64,000 bases of DNA, taken from positions 377-64,376 of the forward strand of contig JAKUQE010000015.1 in NCBI GenBank assembly GCA_022450395.1, in the 5' to 3' direction. This DNA is from Dehalococcoidia bacterium (GTDB taxonomy: Bacteria; Chloroflexota; Dehalococcoidia; Lucifugimonadales; UBA3495). Below, one piece after another: positions 1 to 9,547 of this stretch (position 1 is the first letter of the stretch; the number at the start of each line of letters is the position of its first letter). The notes below the pieces were generated by a model. It was given only the letters and a program-made list of their open reading frames with translations, was not told the origin of the DNA and ran no database searches. Position numbers and translations under genes: made by a program.

Positions 1-277
1 AATGGGCCAAGTGCACCGGGTGACGCAGCGCGTTCAGCATGACGGCCGTGCCGATCTTTACCCGGCTGGTGCGCGCGCCCAGGGCCGCCATGATGGTTAG
101 AGGCTCCAGTCTGGGCTTGGAAGTGATGCTGTCTCCTACCCACACGGAGTCGTAGCCGAGCCTTTCGGCAGTCTCCGCCATCTGCCAGTTAAGCTCAACC
201 CGCGGCCCGGCGCTCTGAGCGTGTACCAGAACACCCCTGGTGGGCAACAGGACGCCGATGTTGTCTAGAGATGCCAA
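1..277 (-). CDS. LLM-class flavin/F420-dependent oxidoreductase, N-terminal part (runs off window)
   Basis: Manual translation from TTG at 277 (GCAGGTG RBS upstream): MASLDNIGVLLPTRG...AERLGYDSVWVGDS...LEPLTIMAALGARTSRVKIGTAV, a typical LLM N-terminus. Absent from the ORF track. Confidence 0.85.
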   Translation of the reverse strand, partial: MASLDNIGVLLPTRGVLVHAQSAGPRVELNWQMAETAERLGYDSVWVGDSITSKPRLEPLTIMAALGARTSRVKIGTAVMLNALRHPVHLAH

Positions 278-332
278 TCTATTCACCTGCCGAATTTGTT
301 GTTTGGGTTAATGTTTTGGATGCACAGGGAAC

Positions 333-413
333 CACCCCCTCTCTAACTCTCCCCCATCAAGGGGAGAGGACAAGCTCCTTCCCCCTTTACGGGGGAAGGT
401 TGGGATGGGGGTG
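333..413. repeat. REP-like palindromic element, family A (CACCCCCTCTCTAACTCTCCCCC...GGGGGAAGGTTGGGATGGGGGTG)
   Basis: Nested inverted repeats; near-identical copy at 1527-1607, related copies at 5853-5970 and 58257-58338. Confidence 0.85.
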
Positions 414-425
414 CCCCTGCTAAAT

Positions 426-1466
426 TTAGCTATCATCCTGGCTAATCACGGGCTGTTGGATGCAGGTGCCCGGCAACTGCTCAGCTACCAGCACCCGCAT
501 TACCTCATCGCCCGAATTGTGGAGACCGTGGGGAACACCCGCCGGGATGAAAACCAGGTCTCCGCTGGACACCTGGATGTCTTCTTTCCCCACCGTCTGC
601 CGCCCCGACGCGGCAAGGAAATAGTGTACTGCTTCACCATGGCTGTGGAATGTGGTGTCTTCGTATCCGGGCGGCACCAGGCGTATAGATAATTGCAGGG
701 TATGGATGTTGAACCCCAACTCGGGAGCTATCAAGGGAACCGTTTGGTTATCCGCCGGCAACTCCCAGGGGACCTCGTTTTTGCGGACCAGCCAGCGTTT
801 GGCCTGCCGGCGCCGGTCCATCTCCTCGTCCAGGACACCAAGCTCATGAAGAAAGTGTTGCCGGCGGGAGTATAGAGCGGCCGAACCCATGGATGGTGGG
901 TCCTCTTTTTGGGTCGAGTTGACTAGATCGTCCAGATCGTCCAATCCCTCCATGTCGGACATTGGGTACTGCCAAGACGCCGGGACCGGAAGCTGCGTGC
1001 CGGGGATCTGATGGAAGGCGATGAAAACCATGGGCTCGTCCCCGGTGTTCTCAGTGCCATGCCATACATTCCCCGGGATGAAGGCCATGTCGCCCGGCTC
1101 AACCACTACCTCTTCCTTGTCGATGATCTCCTTCCCTTTCCCTTCTAGATAGAACTTAACCGCGTCGCCATGGGTGTGAAAAGCGCCATCGGTCTCCTTG
1201 CCGGCGATGGAACGTTTGAACACCCGAAAGGTATGGATGTTGAAGCCAAGTTCAGGAGAAATGATCCTGGCTAGGAGATGGCCCTCTTGCGTGGTGGGGT
1301 GGACCCGGGACGCGGACTCCCACTCGATGTCCTCGGCCTTTACCAGCAGCCGGTTTTCGCCCCGTCTACGGTCGAATTCCTTGTCGATGCGGCCGAAACT
1401 GCCGAGGATCAAATTCCGCCTCTCGGCGAGTTGGGAAGGGGTCAGGTCGCTAAGATTGATGGGCAT
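426..1466 (-). CDS. Bicupin (two cupin domains), putative dioxygenase/metalloenzyme
   Basis: Internal duplication: ISPELGFNIHT/IAPELGFNIHT, FHTHGDAV/FHSHGEAV, FIPGNVWHG/FIPAGVPHG. Confidence 0.8.
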   Translation of the reverse strand: MPINLSDLTPSQLAERRNLILGSFGRIDKEFDRRRGENRLLVKAEDIEWESASRVHPTTQEGHLLARIISPELGFNIHTFRVFKRSIAGKETDGAFHTHGDAVKFYLEGKGKEIIDKEEVVVEPGDMAFIPGNVWHGTENTGDEPMVFIAFHQIPGTQLPVPASWQYPMSDMEGLDDLDDLVNSTQKEDPPSMGSAALYSRRQHFLHELGVLDEEMDRRRQAKRWLVRKNEVPWELPADNQTVPLIAPELGFNIHTLQLSIRLVPPGYEDTTFHSHGEAVHYFLAASGRQTVGKEDIQVSSGDLVFIPAGVPHGLHNSGDEVMRVLVAEQLPGTCIQQPVISQDDS

Positions 1467-1526
1467 GGTCTATTCTCCGCTAAACGTTTTGTTTACAGAA
1501 TAGGAGCCTGTTGACTGTGAATGTCT

Positions 1527-1607
1527 CACCCCCTCTCTAACTCTCCCCCATAAAAGGGGAGAGAACAAATCCCTTCCCCCTTTACGGGGGAAGGTTAGGA
1601 TGGGGGT
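1527..1607. repeat. REP-like palindromic element, family A
   Basis: Direct copy of 333-413. Confidence 0.85.
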
Positions 1608-1626
1608 CGGTTCAGATTCCCTGACA

Positions 1627-2862
1627 TTAGCCGCTCCGCTTGGCGAATTCCGCCTGGGCTTCTTTTAGCCTGGCTGGGTCTCTTAGGAAGTCGCCGGCCG
1701 TCAGGCTGAGGACCTTCGCGACGTTCAGGGCGCTGGATAACGCTGTCTCGGTGATGGCCGTTTCGGTCATCTGCCTGGAATGGGAAGGCACCGGGGTCTC
1801 GCTGACGGCATAGCGCAGTTCAAGGGACGGCAAGACCTGGCTCACGTTCCCGAAATCGGTGGACGCGCCGCTGCCCCGCCGGCCGCCGGTGGGAGCGTCG
1901 ATACGCATCCCCACGGTTTCGGCGTTGGCGCGGAAGTTTTCGGCCAGTACCCCGTTGGGCAGGACATTCTCGTAGAACGGGTAATACGGCTCGACCTCCA
2001 GGGTGGCTCCAGTGATCAACGCTGCGCCTTCGGCGATCTTCAAAACCTTCCCCACAATGACGTCGCTGAGGTAATTGCGGTCCCGGCACCGGAGCATGAA
2101 GTTGGCGGCGGCGAACTCGGGGACCACGTTGGGAGCCAATCCCCCGTCGGTGATGATTCCGTGGATCCGGGTGTCTTCCCGCAGGTGTTGCCGTAGGGCG
2201 TCGATGCCGGTGAACAGGTGGATCAAGGAATTCAGCGCGTTGATGCCTTCCTCCGGAGCGGCGGCGGCGTGGGCCGCTTTGCCATGGTAGATGTAGCGGA
2301 AGCCGACCATTGCCAGGCTCCAGCTTTCGTCCATGGGGATGTCCTGGGGAATAATCGTGCGATTGGATGAAGGGTGGGAGGACAGGCATATATCCACACC
2401 GTCGAACACGCCGGCATCCAATAATTTGATCTTGCCTCCCCCGCCCTCTTCAGCGGGAGTTCCGATGATCACCAGGCGGCCCGGTAAATTCTTCATGTTG
2501 GCTTGGACTCCCAGCCCCGCGCCCAAGCCTGCCATGGCGATAAGGTTGTGGCCACAGCCATGGCCGATCTCCGGCAAAGCGTCGTACTCGGCCAGAACGG
2601 CCACTGTCGGTCCGTCGCCGGCGCCGCCTTCCAGGGTGGCGCGGAACGCCGTCTCCACGCCGCCTATCCCCCGCTCCACGGCAAAGTCGTGGGCTTCCAG
2701 CGTGTCGGATAAGAGTTTGGCCGCGTAAAACTCCTGGTAGTTCAGTTCCGGGTGGGCATGAATGTCCAGGGCTATTCCGAACAACTCTTCGCGGGCGGCA
2801 TCGATAGCCTTGGTCGCGGTTTCGGTTAGAGCGCTATTTGAACCAGCCTGTTCAGTAGGCAT
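1627..2862 (-). CDS. M20 family amidohydrolase (ACY1L2/AbgB-like)
   Basis: HAHPEL, AEYDALP, GHGCGHN, GTPAEEGGGGK, STDFGNVS motifs. Confidence 0.9.
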   Translation of the reverse strand: MPTEQAGSNSALTETATKAIDAAREELFGIALDIHAHPELNYQEFYAAKLLSDTLEAHDFAVERGIGGVETAFRATLEGGAGDGPTVAVLAEYDALPEIGHGCGHNLIAMAGLGAGLGVQANMKNLPGRLVIIGTPAEEGGGGKIKLLDAGVFDGVDICLSSHPSSNRTIIPQDIPMDESWSLAMVGFRYIYHGKAAHAAAAPEEGINALNSLIHLFTGIDALRQHLREDTRIHGIITDGGLAPNVVPEFAAANFMLRCRDRNYLSDVIVGKVLKIAEGAALITGATLEVEPYYPFYENVLPNGVLAENFRANAETVGMRIDAPTGGRRGSGASTDFGNVSQVLPSLELRYAVSETPVPSHSRQMTETAITETALSSALNVAKVLSLTAGDFLRDPARLKEAQAEFAKRSG

Positions 2863-3028
2863 TGCTTTCTCCTGGTCTGGATTGTTCCGGAGTTGCTCGA
2901 AGAAAATCCTTGGGTGTCCTAGATTCTACACCGGAAATGAGTTTTCGTGCTCGGTGTAGAGTACAATCCCATAGAAATGTCATATATCCGATCCCGTTAG
3001 CCAAATGGACGGTAAAAGGGGACGCGCT

Positions 3029-4543
3029 ATGACTGCGGCACATCAAGAAATCGGCAGATTTTGCCTACAAGAAACAACCATCGCCGGCATCCAGCGAGCT
3101 TTTGCCGATGGTTCACTTACCGCTCGTCAATTGGTCGAACTTTATCTGAACCGAATCGAAGCTTACGACCGTAACGGTCCCGAGATCAATTCGATAATCA
3201 CAGTGAATCCCCAGGCGTTGGAAGACGCCGACCGGTTGGACAGGGATTTCGGGAACAACGGCCTTACCGGCCCCCTCCACGGCGTGCCGGTGATCCTCAA
3301 AGACCAGATGGACGCCCGGGGAATGCCCACTACTCTCGGTTCGGTGGTCTTCCGAGACTATTTCCCGGATAGGGATTGCTTTGTTACCGAGAAGTTGCGA
3401 CAGGCCGGGGCGATTATCCTGGCTAAGGCGACCCTGGGGGAACTGGGGCGCGGCGATACCCACGGGTCTTTGTTCGGGTCGACCAAAAACCCTTATGACC
3501 TGGACCGGACGCCCGGCGGATCTTCGGGAGGTCCCGGAGCCAGCGTATCGGCCAATCTGGGCGCGGTTGCCATCGGCCAGGAGGGTTTCGCTTCCATCCG
3601 GAGACCGGCCGCTTGGAACGGCGTTACCGGCATCAGGCCGACTGCCGGTCTGGTCAGCCGGGGAGGGGTCTACGCCGGCTGGCCGGGGCAGCCAGGGTCC
3701 CTGGGTCCCCTGACCAGATCGGTCACCGACCTGGCAAAGATGTTGGACGTGATGGTCGGATATGACCCGGACGACCCCATGACATCTTTCGGTGTCGGCC
3801 AGGCGCCGGAGACATTCACCGATTCCCTTGATGGTGATGGTCTGCAGGGAGCCCGCATAGGCGTCATGACTCAATCGATGGGCTTTCATTCCGAGCCGGA
3901 CTCCGATGACTTCCGGCTGGTCTCCCAGGTTTTCGACCGGGCTGCCGCCGAGTTGGAAAGCGCCGGCGCTACGGTCATACCGCTGCCCCAGATACCGCGT
4001 CTGACCGAGTTGCTGGCGAAAAGGGCCAGCGACGGCCGAAACGACGAAGCTTGGGACCTATACTACGGACGTAGCGACAACTCTCCCTATGCATCGCCGG
4101 AGGCCATGATGCAATCGCCGGATTATGCCAAGGTTCACCGGTCTAAGTATGCCGGAACCGCGCTGACCGGTCCGGCGGCGTATGCGGAGTATCTGCTGGC
4201 CCGAGAGGAGCTCATGTTCAGCGTCATGAAGATAATGGCGGACGCCCAGTTGGACGCTATCGTCCACAAAACGGTGGAGCATCAACCGACGCTGATCGCC
4301 GAAGGTGTGGGACCGCCTTACTACGACATGAGGGGCACTACCCATATCAATACATACCTGGTGCACGTGCCGTCGATCTCGGTCCCCGCCGGCTTCACGT
4401 CTGCCGGACTTCCCGTGGGGATCACCTTCCTGGGCCGGCCGTTCAGCGACCCAACAATGGTCAAACTGGCCTACGCCTACGAACAAGCCACCGGCCACCG
4501 TAGTCCGCCAGATTCAGCGCCGCCCTTGCCGGGAGAACCCTAG
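3029..4543 (+). CDS. Amidase signature family protein
   Basis: GPLHGVPVILKD, NPYDLDRTPGGSSGG, ASIRRPA, GLPVG. Start may be 3005. Confidence 0.9.
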   Translation: MTAAHQEIGRFCLQETTIAGIQRAFADGSLTARQLVELYLNRIEAYDRNGPEINSIITVNPQALEDADRLDRDFGNNGLTGPLHGVPVILKDQMDARGMPTTLGSVVFRDYFPDRDCFVTEKLRQAGAIILAKATLGELGRGDTHGSLFGSTKNPYDLDRTPGGSSGGPGASVSANLGAVAIGQEGFASIRRPAAWNGVTGIRPTAGLVSRGGVYAGWPGQPGSLGPLTRSVTDLAKMLDVMVGYDPDDPMTSFGVGQAPETFTDSLDGDGLQGARIGVMTQSMGFHSEPDSDDFRLVSQVFDRAAAELESAGATVIPLPQIPRLTELLAKRASDGRNDEAWDLYYGRSDNSPYASPEAMMQSPDYAKVHRSKYAGTALTGPAAYAEYLLAREELMFSVMKIMADAQLDAIVHKTVEHQPTLIAEGVGPPYYDMRGTTHINTYLVHVPSISVPAGFTSAGLPVGITFLGRPFSDPTMVKLAYAYEQATGHRSPPDSAPPLPGEP

Positions 4544-4603
4544 GCGGGAAATCTGCCGGAGATCCGGCCCTCAAACTTTGAATAACGGAGCGGTCCTAAT
4601 AGA

Positions 4604-5263
4604 ATGACGACTTTCGACCTGGTGATTTTCGACTGCGACGGAGTTCTGGTCGACACGGAAACTATTAACAACGAAGTCATATCTCAATTGCTCAACGAAG
4701 CCGGCCTGGAGATGTCGCCGGAGGAAGTTGCCAGAAGGACAACTGGTCTTGCCTACTCGGAGATGTGGGAAATGTTTGAGGATGAAGTGCCGGGCTCATT
4801 GCCTGTAGACATCGAGGAACAACAACTGACCCTGGAATCGGAGAGATTCCGGAAGGAGTTGCTACCCATTCCCGGCGTGGTTGAAACTGTACGTTGCCTG
4901 GGGGCCGCCGGAATACCGATGTGCGTCGCATCGAACGGAACAAGGGAAAAGATGGTGGTCACCCTAGAGGTCACCGGCCTGGCCGGATATTTCGGCGACA
5001 AGTTTTATGGCGTCAATCAAGTCGTCCATGGCAAACCTGCCCCCGACATATATTTGCTGGCGGCCCAGAAAATGGGGGTTCCCCCCAGCCGGTGCGTGGT
5101 GATAGAAGACAGCTATCCGGGCGCTCAAGCAGGTCTTGCGGCGGGCATGACGGTGCTTGGGTATTGCCCTGACAAGGACATCTGGGGGCTGGAAGGCCTG
5201 GGTATCCAGACCTTCAGCGATATGAACGTTCTCCCGGAGTTGTTGGGCGTGAACCGGGGTTAA
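4604..5263 (+). CDS. HAD-superfamily hydrolase (subfamily IA)
   Basis: FDCDGVLVD, ASNG, GKPAPD, IEDS motifs. Confidence 0.9.
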   Translation: MTTFDLVIFDCDGVLVDTETINNEVISQLLNEAGLEMSPEEVARRTTGLAYSEMWEMFEDEVPGSLPVDIEEQQLTLESERFRKELLPIPGVVETVRCLGAAGIPMCVASNGTREKMVVTLEVTGLAGYFGDKFYGVNQVVHGKPAPDIYLLAAQKMGVPPSRCVVIEDSYPGAQAGLAAGMTVLGYCPDKDIWGLEGLGIQTFSDMNVLPELLGVNRG

Positions 5264-5712
5264 CCGGCTCTAACGGCTTCTTCGGAACCCTGGGTCAAAA
5301 GCTCTTTCAACGGCGTGTCTTTGAGGTCTGGGGCGTAAGCGGAAAGCTCGATCTCGATACCGTCCGGGTCCAGGACGTAGAGCCCTTTGCTCTCGCCGTG
5401 GTCGCCGAACCCAGCTATCCGGACGCCCAACTCCTGGGTCAACCGGTAGGCTTCCCGGATCTCGTCGAAGGATTCGAACTCATAGGCGAAGTGGTAAAGA
5501 CCCACACGGTCCTGCTCGGGACCGGGAGCGTCGCCGTCGAGCTTGGCGATGGCCAGGTCGTGGTGCACGCTGTCGTTGCTCCTGAAGAACACCATGGAGT
5601 CGCCGCCTCGTCCACTGACTTCCAACCCCATGAACTTGGTGTAGAACTCCTCGGATATCTTGAGGTCTCTAACTCGTATCACCAGATGTCCTAAATTTCT
5701 CGGCTTTATCAT
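5260..5712 (-). CDS. VOC family protein (glyoxalase/extradiol dioxygenase-like)
   Basis: LGHLVIRVRDL, HHDLA, GLYHFAY, DPDGIEIEL. Confidence 0.9.
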   Translation of the reverse strand: MIKPRNLGHLVIRVRDLKISEEFYTKFMGLEVSGRGGDSMVFFRSNDSVHHDLAIAKLDGDAPGPEQDRVGLYHFAYEFESFDEIREAYRLTQELGVRIAGFGDHGESKGLYVLDPDGIEIELSAYAPDLKDTPLKELLTQGSEEAVRAG

Positions 5713-5852
5713 GGTCCGATACCCTCCCGCCGGTAACTAATTGATTTGGTTTAGATTAATTATATCCTACCGCGCTTTTTTAATCGGACGCTTCGTGGCC
5801 GTCAATTCAGGAAACTGGTCCTCCAACCTGGTGGAAGTGATGGGTACGCTAT

Positions 5853-5970
5853 CACCCCCATCCCTTCGTCCTTCCACCGAAGGATCAGGGCAGGCTCTAA
5901 CCTACCCCAGTAAAGGGGGAAGGGACTAATCTCCTCCCCCCTGGCGGGGGAGGATTAAGGTGGGGGGGTG
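5853..5970. repeat. REP-like palindromic element (family A-related composite)
   Basis: CACCCCCATCC...TAACCTACCCCAGTAAAGGGGGAAGGGA...CTCCCCCCTGGCGGGGGAG...GGGGGGTG. Confidence 0.7.
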
Positions 5971-6004
5971 CGTTGGCATCTCCCAGTTCGATATTGAAGA
6001 CGTA

Positions 6005-6778
6005 CTAGTGGCGGCCGATGAATTCCAGCACAAGGCGGTTCCAGACCTCTGGTTCCTCCCAGAAGGCGGCATGTCCCGCTGCGGGCACCGTCCCCCACTC
6101 GCATCCCGGGATGTGGCCGGCCAGCAACCGCATCATGGCCGGCGGCGACAACAGGTCGGCGTCGCCGGCCAGCATAAGTACGGGGATCTGCATCGTCTCC
6201 AACCGTGCGTAAGTCATCGGGTCCCGCAACGGCTGCGCTCCGGTCGTTCCCTCCTGAAGGCTGTGGTGATCGATCTCCAGCCACCGGGCGGCGCCCTCGG
6301 GATTGATGCCCCGGTAAGATGGTCCCAGTTCCCGCAACTCCACCGGCAACGCCTGAATCTCCTGTGGGCGGAGGCGGTGCTGGACTTCTAGGTAGGACGC
6401 GTCCTGCACCCCGCCGATGGTGTTGGCGGCCACCAGGCTGAGTACTTGCTGGGGGTGTAGCAAAGAGTAGTCCAATGCGCCGATTCCGCCGGCCGCGGTC
6501 GCTATCAGGTGGAAGCGTTCCAAGCCCAGGTGGTTCACCAGGCCTTGTAGATCGTCGCTGGCGTAACCGGGCTGCTCCCCAGACTGATTCAGCCGGGAGC
6601 GGCCCCAATGCCGCCGATCGTAGGCGATGCAGCGATACCCCGCCGACGTGAACACAGGCTCTTGATACACCCAGCAACCGCAGTTGCCCGAGGCGGCGTG
6701 CAGAAAGATAACCGGGGTACCGGCTCCGCCGGTGTCGGTGTACCACAGGTCGATGCCGGGAAGTTCTAAGTAAGGCAT
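6005..6778 (-). CDS. Alpha/beta-fold hydrolase with atypical nucleophile elbow
   Basis: IAYDRRHWGRS, elbow LIATAAGG, GDADL, AGHAAFWEEPE. Confidence 0.85.
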   Translation of the reverse strand: MPYLELPGIDLWYTDTGGAGTPVIFLHAASGNCGCWVYQEPVFTSAGYRCIAYDRRHWGRSRLNQSGEQPGYASDDLQGLVNHLGLERFHLIATAAGGIGALDYSLLHPQQVLSLVAANTIGGVQDASYLEVQHRLRPQEIQALPVELRELGPSYRGINPEGAARWLEIDHHSLQEGTTGAQPLRDPMTYARLETMQIPVLMLAGDADLLSPPAMMRLLAGHIPGCEWGTVPAAGHAAFWEEPEVWNRLVLEFIGRH

Positions 6779-6809
6779 AAAGTCATGTTAGTTGATTGAA
6801 TTTGGGTGG

Positions 6810-7208
6810 CTATGGGGACCCTGAGTAACACCTGAGCTCAATCTTGATGCCCTCAGGGTCCCAGATCTTGAACTGCTGTCCCATGCCTTGGGCGCCCCAA
6901 GCAGGGTGCACGTCCCCATCCATATGGATGCCCTTGGCCTTCAATTCCTCATACAGCTTGTCCATGTCGGTTGGGCCGAGGACCAGGCAGAAGTGGTCCA
7001 TGTTGGGCGTCACCGCGTCTTCAGACTTGGTGGGCCTTATATCGATGATTATCTCCTGGGAAACCCTGGCCGATACGAATCCGACCTTGCCCTCGCGGAA
7101 TTCGTCCAGCCTCAGTATCTCCATGCCCAGCACGTCTCGATAGAAACTGATCGATCTCTCGACGTCTCTGGTGTTGACCACCAAGTGGTCCAATCCAACG
7201 ACAGCCAT
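6810..7208 (-). CDS. VOC family protein
   Basis: GLDHLVVNTRD, MDHFCL, DPEGIKIELR; AGAGGA RBS before MAVV. Confidence 0.88.
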   Translation of the reverse strand: MAVVGLDHLVVNTRDVERSISFYRDVLGMEILRLDEFREGKVGFVSARVSQEIIIDIRPTKSEDAVTPNMDHFCLVLGPTDMDKLYEELKAKGIHMDGDVHPAWGAQGMGQQFKIWDPEGIKIELRCYSGSP

Positions 7209-7387
7209 GACATCCTCTCCTAGTGCCGAGTTTCGTAATAGCCGTAAGAATCTCCCGTTCGCCATGACCTTGTCGAAGGTCCCTTCCGTGGATTAGTGGT
7301 TCGTCTGGCTCACCACGAACGGGGTTGGTAACTCTGATTTCAGCAAGTAACTATTAGCTGTGACTTGCCTGGCGATCCGTGTGAGAC

Positions 7388-8197
7388 CTAAGAAGCGGCC
7401 ACGGCCTCCCGCACCGGGACATACCGGGATAGGAATATCGCGATGGAGTCGGTAGTGGCTTTGGAGAAACGGGGTTCCCGGTCGAAGAAGTGGTCTTCCC
7501 CAGCGAAGAGATGCAGGTCCACGGGGACTCCGGCTTTTTCCAGCGCCTCGTACATCCGCATTGTGGTCGAGTGATGGACCCGGGTGTCGGAAGTGCCGTG
7601 AAAGAATAAAGCCGGCGGATAGTCCTTGTTAACGTAGGTGATAGCATTTGCGGCTTTGACATACTCGGCGGTGGGGTTTTTGCCGAACAGGGCTTCAAAA
7701 TCGGGGTCGACTGCCCGTTCGGAGATATCGGATACTGGAGACATACCCACCACTGCGGCAACTTTGCTGCTCACGCCGGGGTTCCCGCCGTCTCCGTCGA
7801 ATTCTTTGACGTGGCTGCTGCCCGCCGCGACCAACGCCAGTAATCCGCCCGCCGACTTACCGGCGACGACGATGAGGTCCGGGTCAATGCCCAGATCGGC
7901 GCTGTTGGCCCGCATCCAGCGAATCTCGGCTTTGACATCTTGGACTTGGGCCGGCCAGGGTGCCTCGTCCATCACCCGGTACTCGGCGTTGACGCAGACG
8001 TAGCCGTGGTTGGCCAAGGCCAGGCCGTAGCGCTCCGTCAGCGGCGCACGGTCCGCGTTCCGGAAGCCGCCTCCGGGGAGGATCAGAATCCCGGGGGCCG
8101 GACCAGACTGGCTCGCCGGGCGGAGGACGTCCGCCTTGAGGTCCCGGCCGCTCCCTTTGGCAACGACTACACCTTCTTCGATCTTAACGTCGCTCAT
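7388..8197 (-). CDS. Alpha/beta hydrolase (HSL/BD-FAE-like esterase)
   Basis: PGGGF, AEYR, GKSAGG, HGTSD and GEDH catalytic motifs. Confidence 0.88.
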   Translation of the reverse strand: MSDVKIEEGVVVAKGSGRDLKADVLRPASQSGPAPGILILPGGGFRNADRAPLTERYGLALANHGYVCVNAEYRVMDEAPWPAQVQDVKAEIRWMRANSADLGIDPDLIVVAGKSAGGLLALVAAGSSHVKEFDGDGGNPGVSSKVAAVVGMSPVSDISERAVDPDFEALFGKNPTAEYVKAANAITYVNKDYPPALFFHGTSDTRVHHSTTMRMYEALEKAGVPVDLHLFAGEDHFFDREPRFSKATTDSIAIFLSRYVPVREAVAAS

Positions 8198-8301
8198 AGT
8201 AACCTCCGAACGGTGATTTCCTGACTGGGAACGAACTTTGGGGCAGGCTGCTGATTACGCCCCAAGTTACCACATGAAGGCGAATCTTGCACCAAGGGAA
8301 C

Positions 8302-8691
8302 CTATCCCAGTTCGGCGATGGCCTCGATCTCCACGTCCAGACCGGGCTCGGCCAAAGCCCCAATCTCAACTAAGGTGTTCGCCGGGTAAGCGCCCTTGAA
8401 AAATTCCGCGAATAGGTAATCCTGAGCGGCGGTGTTGTCCCGCCACTCTTCGATGCTGGTGACGTAGGTAGTTATCTTGACGATATCCCCCGGAGTGCCC
8501 CCTTCGGCGGCTACGATACGCATGATCCGGTCCAGAGTTACCCTAAGTTGGGTCATCAAGTCTTTCCCTTGAGACGACGTGCCCCGGGCAGTGCAGCCCG
8601 CGATGAAAAGAAGATTTCCGGCGCGCACGGTTCTGCTGTATGAAGTACCAGACGGCGCGATGTCCGGATGGTTATGTCGAATCTTTTCCAT
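8302..8691 (-). CDS. RidA/YjgF family protein
   Basis: YS..VRAGNLLFIAG, DIVKITTYV, PANTLVEI..L, VEIEAIA. Confidence 0.9.
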   Translation of the reverse strand: MEKIRHNHPDIAPSGTSYSRTVRAGNLLFIAGCTARGTSSQGKDLMTQLRVTLDRIMRIVAAEGGTPGDIVKITTYVTSIEEWRDNTAAQDYLFAEFFKGAYPANTLVEIGALAEPGLDVEIEAIAELG

Positions 8692-8752
8692 GATTGCCCT
8701 CCCACAACGATTGGTAGTGATACGTTGGATGATGGAATGATGATCCCGATCG

Positions 8753-9502
8753 CTAAGCCACGTTCCGCAAAAAAGTCAGTAGCATCTCCCGCATCTGAGC
8801 CTCGTGGTAGGGAGCAAACTTGGCGAACTCCCGCAGGTTTCGGGCGGACTCCTCCCTAGCGTCGAACCGGTCCCCCATCAGTTCATAGTCTCCTGGGAAC
8901 TCTTTGTTCCATACTTTCAGCTCTTCCATCGTAAGTTGGGGTTCGAACTGGAAGGCGTAGGATTCATTGTATCGAAAGGCCATGTCGATCCGGCGGTAAG
9001 TGCCATCCCGGCAAAGCATATACCCTTCGGCCAGCTTGACCGCATCCTTGGGGGTGCTAAAACAGTCGCCGTGCAGGGTGGGCGCCAGGGGCACTTCGAT
9101 CTTACCGAACACCGGATCAGCGGCGCCTTTCTCGGTGATTAACAGCCTGCTCAGTCCAAACTGGTATCCGCCCGTTGGCTCTACCTTGCTACCCAGCGCT
9201 TGGGCCATGATCTGGGCGCTGAGACAGATGCCCATCACCGGCTTTCCCACGGCCATCGCGTTTCCTAAATACTCACGTTCTTCGCGCAGCGCCGGGTAGT
9301 CGTGGTTGGCCGACATGGGACCGCCCAGAGCGATGATAAGGCTGATGTCCTCCAAGGGAGGAGCTTGGAACGATCGGTAGTCGGGAGCATCGTCGAAGAT
9401 GTTTAGCGGCTCCAGTTCAAAGTTCTCAGATCGCAGCACCGATGTAAAATTACCGGCCAGAGTTTCGGCCCGCGCGTGTCGGATCACCAGCGCCCGTTTC
9501 AT
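8753..9502 (-). CDS. Type 1 glutamine amidotransferase-like protein
   Basis: LGGPMSA, GICLSAQ, LHGD; FQFEPQ in place of QFHPE. Confidence 0.85.
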   Translation of the reverse strand: MKRALVIRHARAETLAGNFTSVLRSENFELEPLNIFDDAPDYRSFQAPPLEDISLIIALGGPMSANHDYPALREEREYLGNAMAVGKPVMGICLSAQIMAQALGSKVEPTGGYQFGLSRLLITEKGAADPVFGKIEVPLAPTLHGDCFSTPKDAVKLAEGYMLCRDGTYRRIDMAFRYNESYAFQFEPQLTMEELKVWNKEFPGDYELMGDRFDAREESARNLREFAKFAPYHEAQMREMLLTFLRNVA

Positions 9503-9547
9503 CGGATTATCACCTGAGTGATTCCGGCAGGGAGTTGCGCCAACGCC

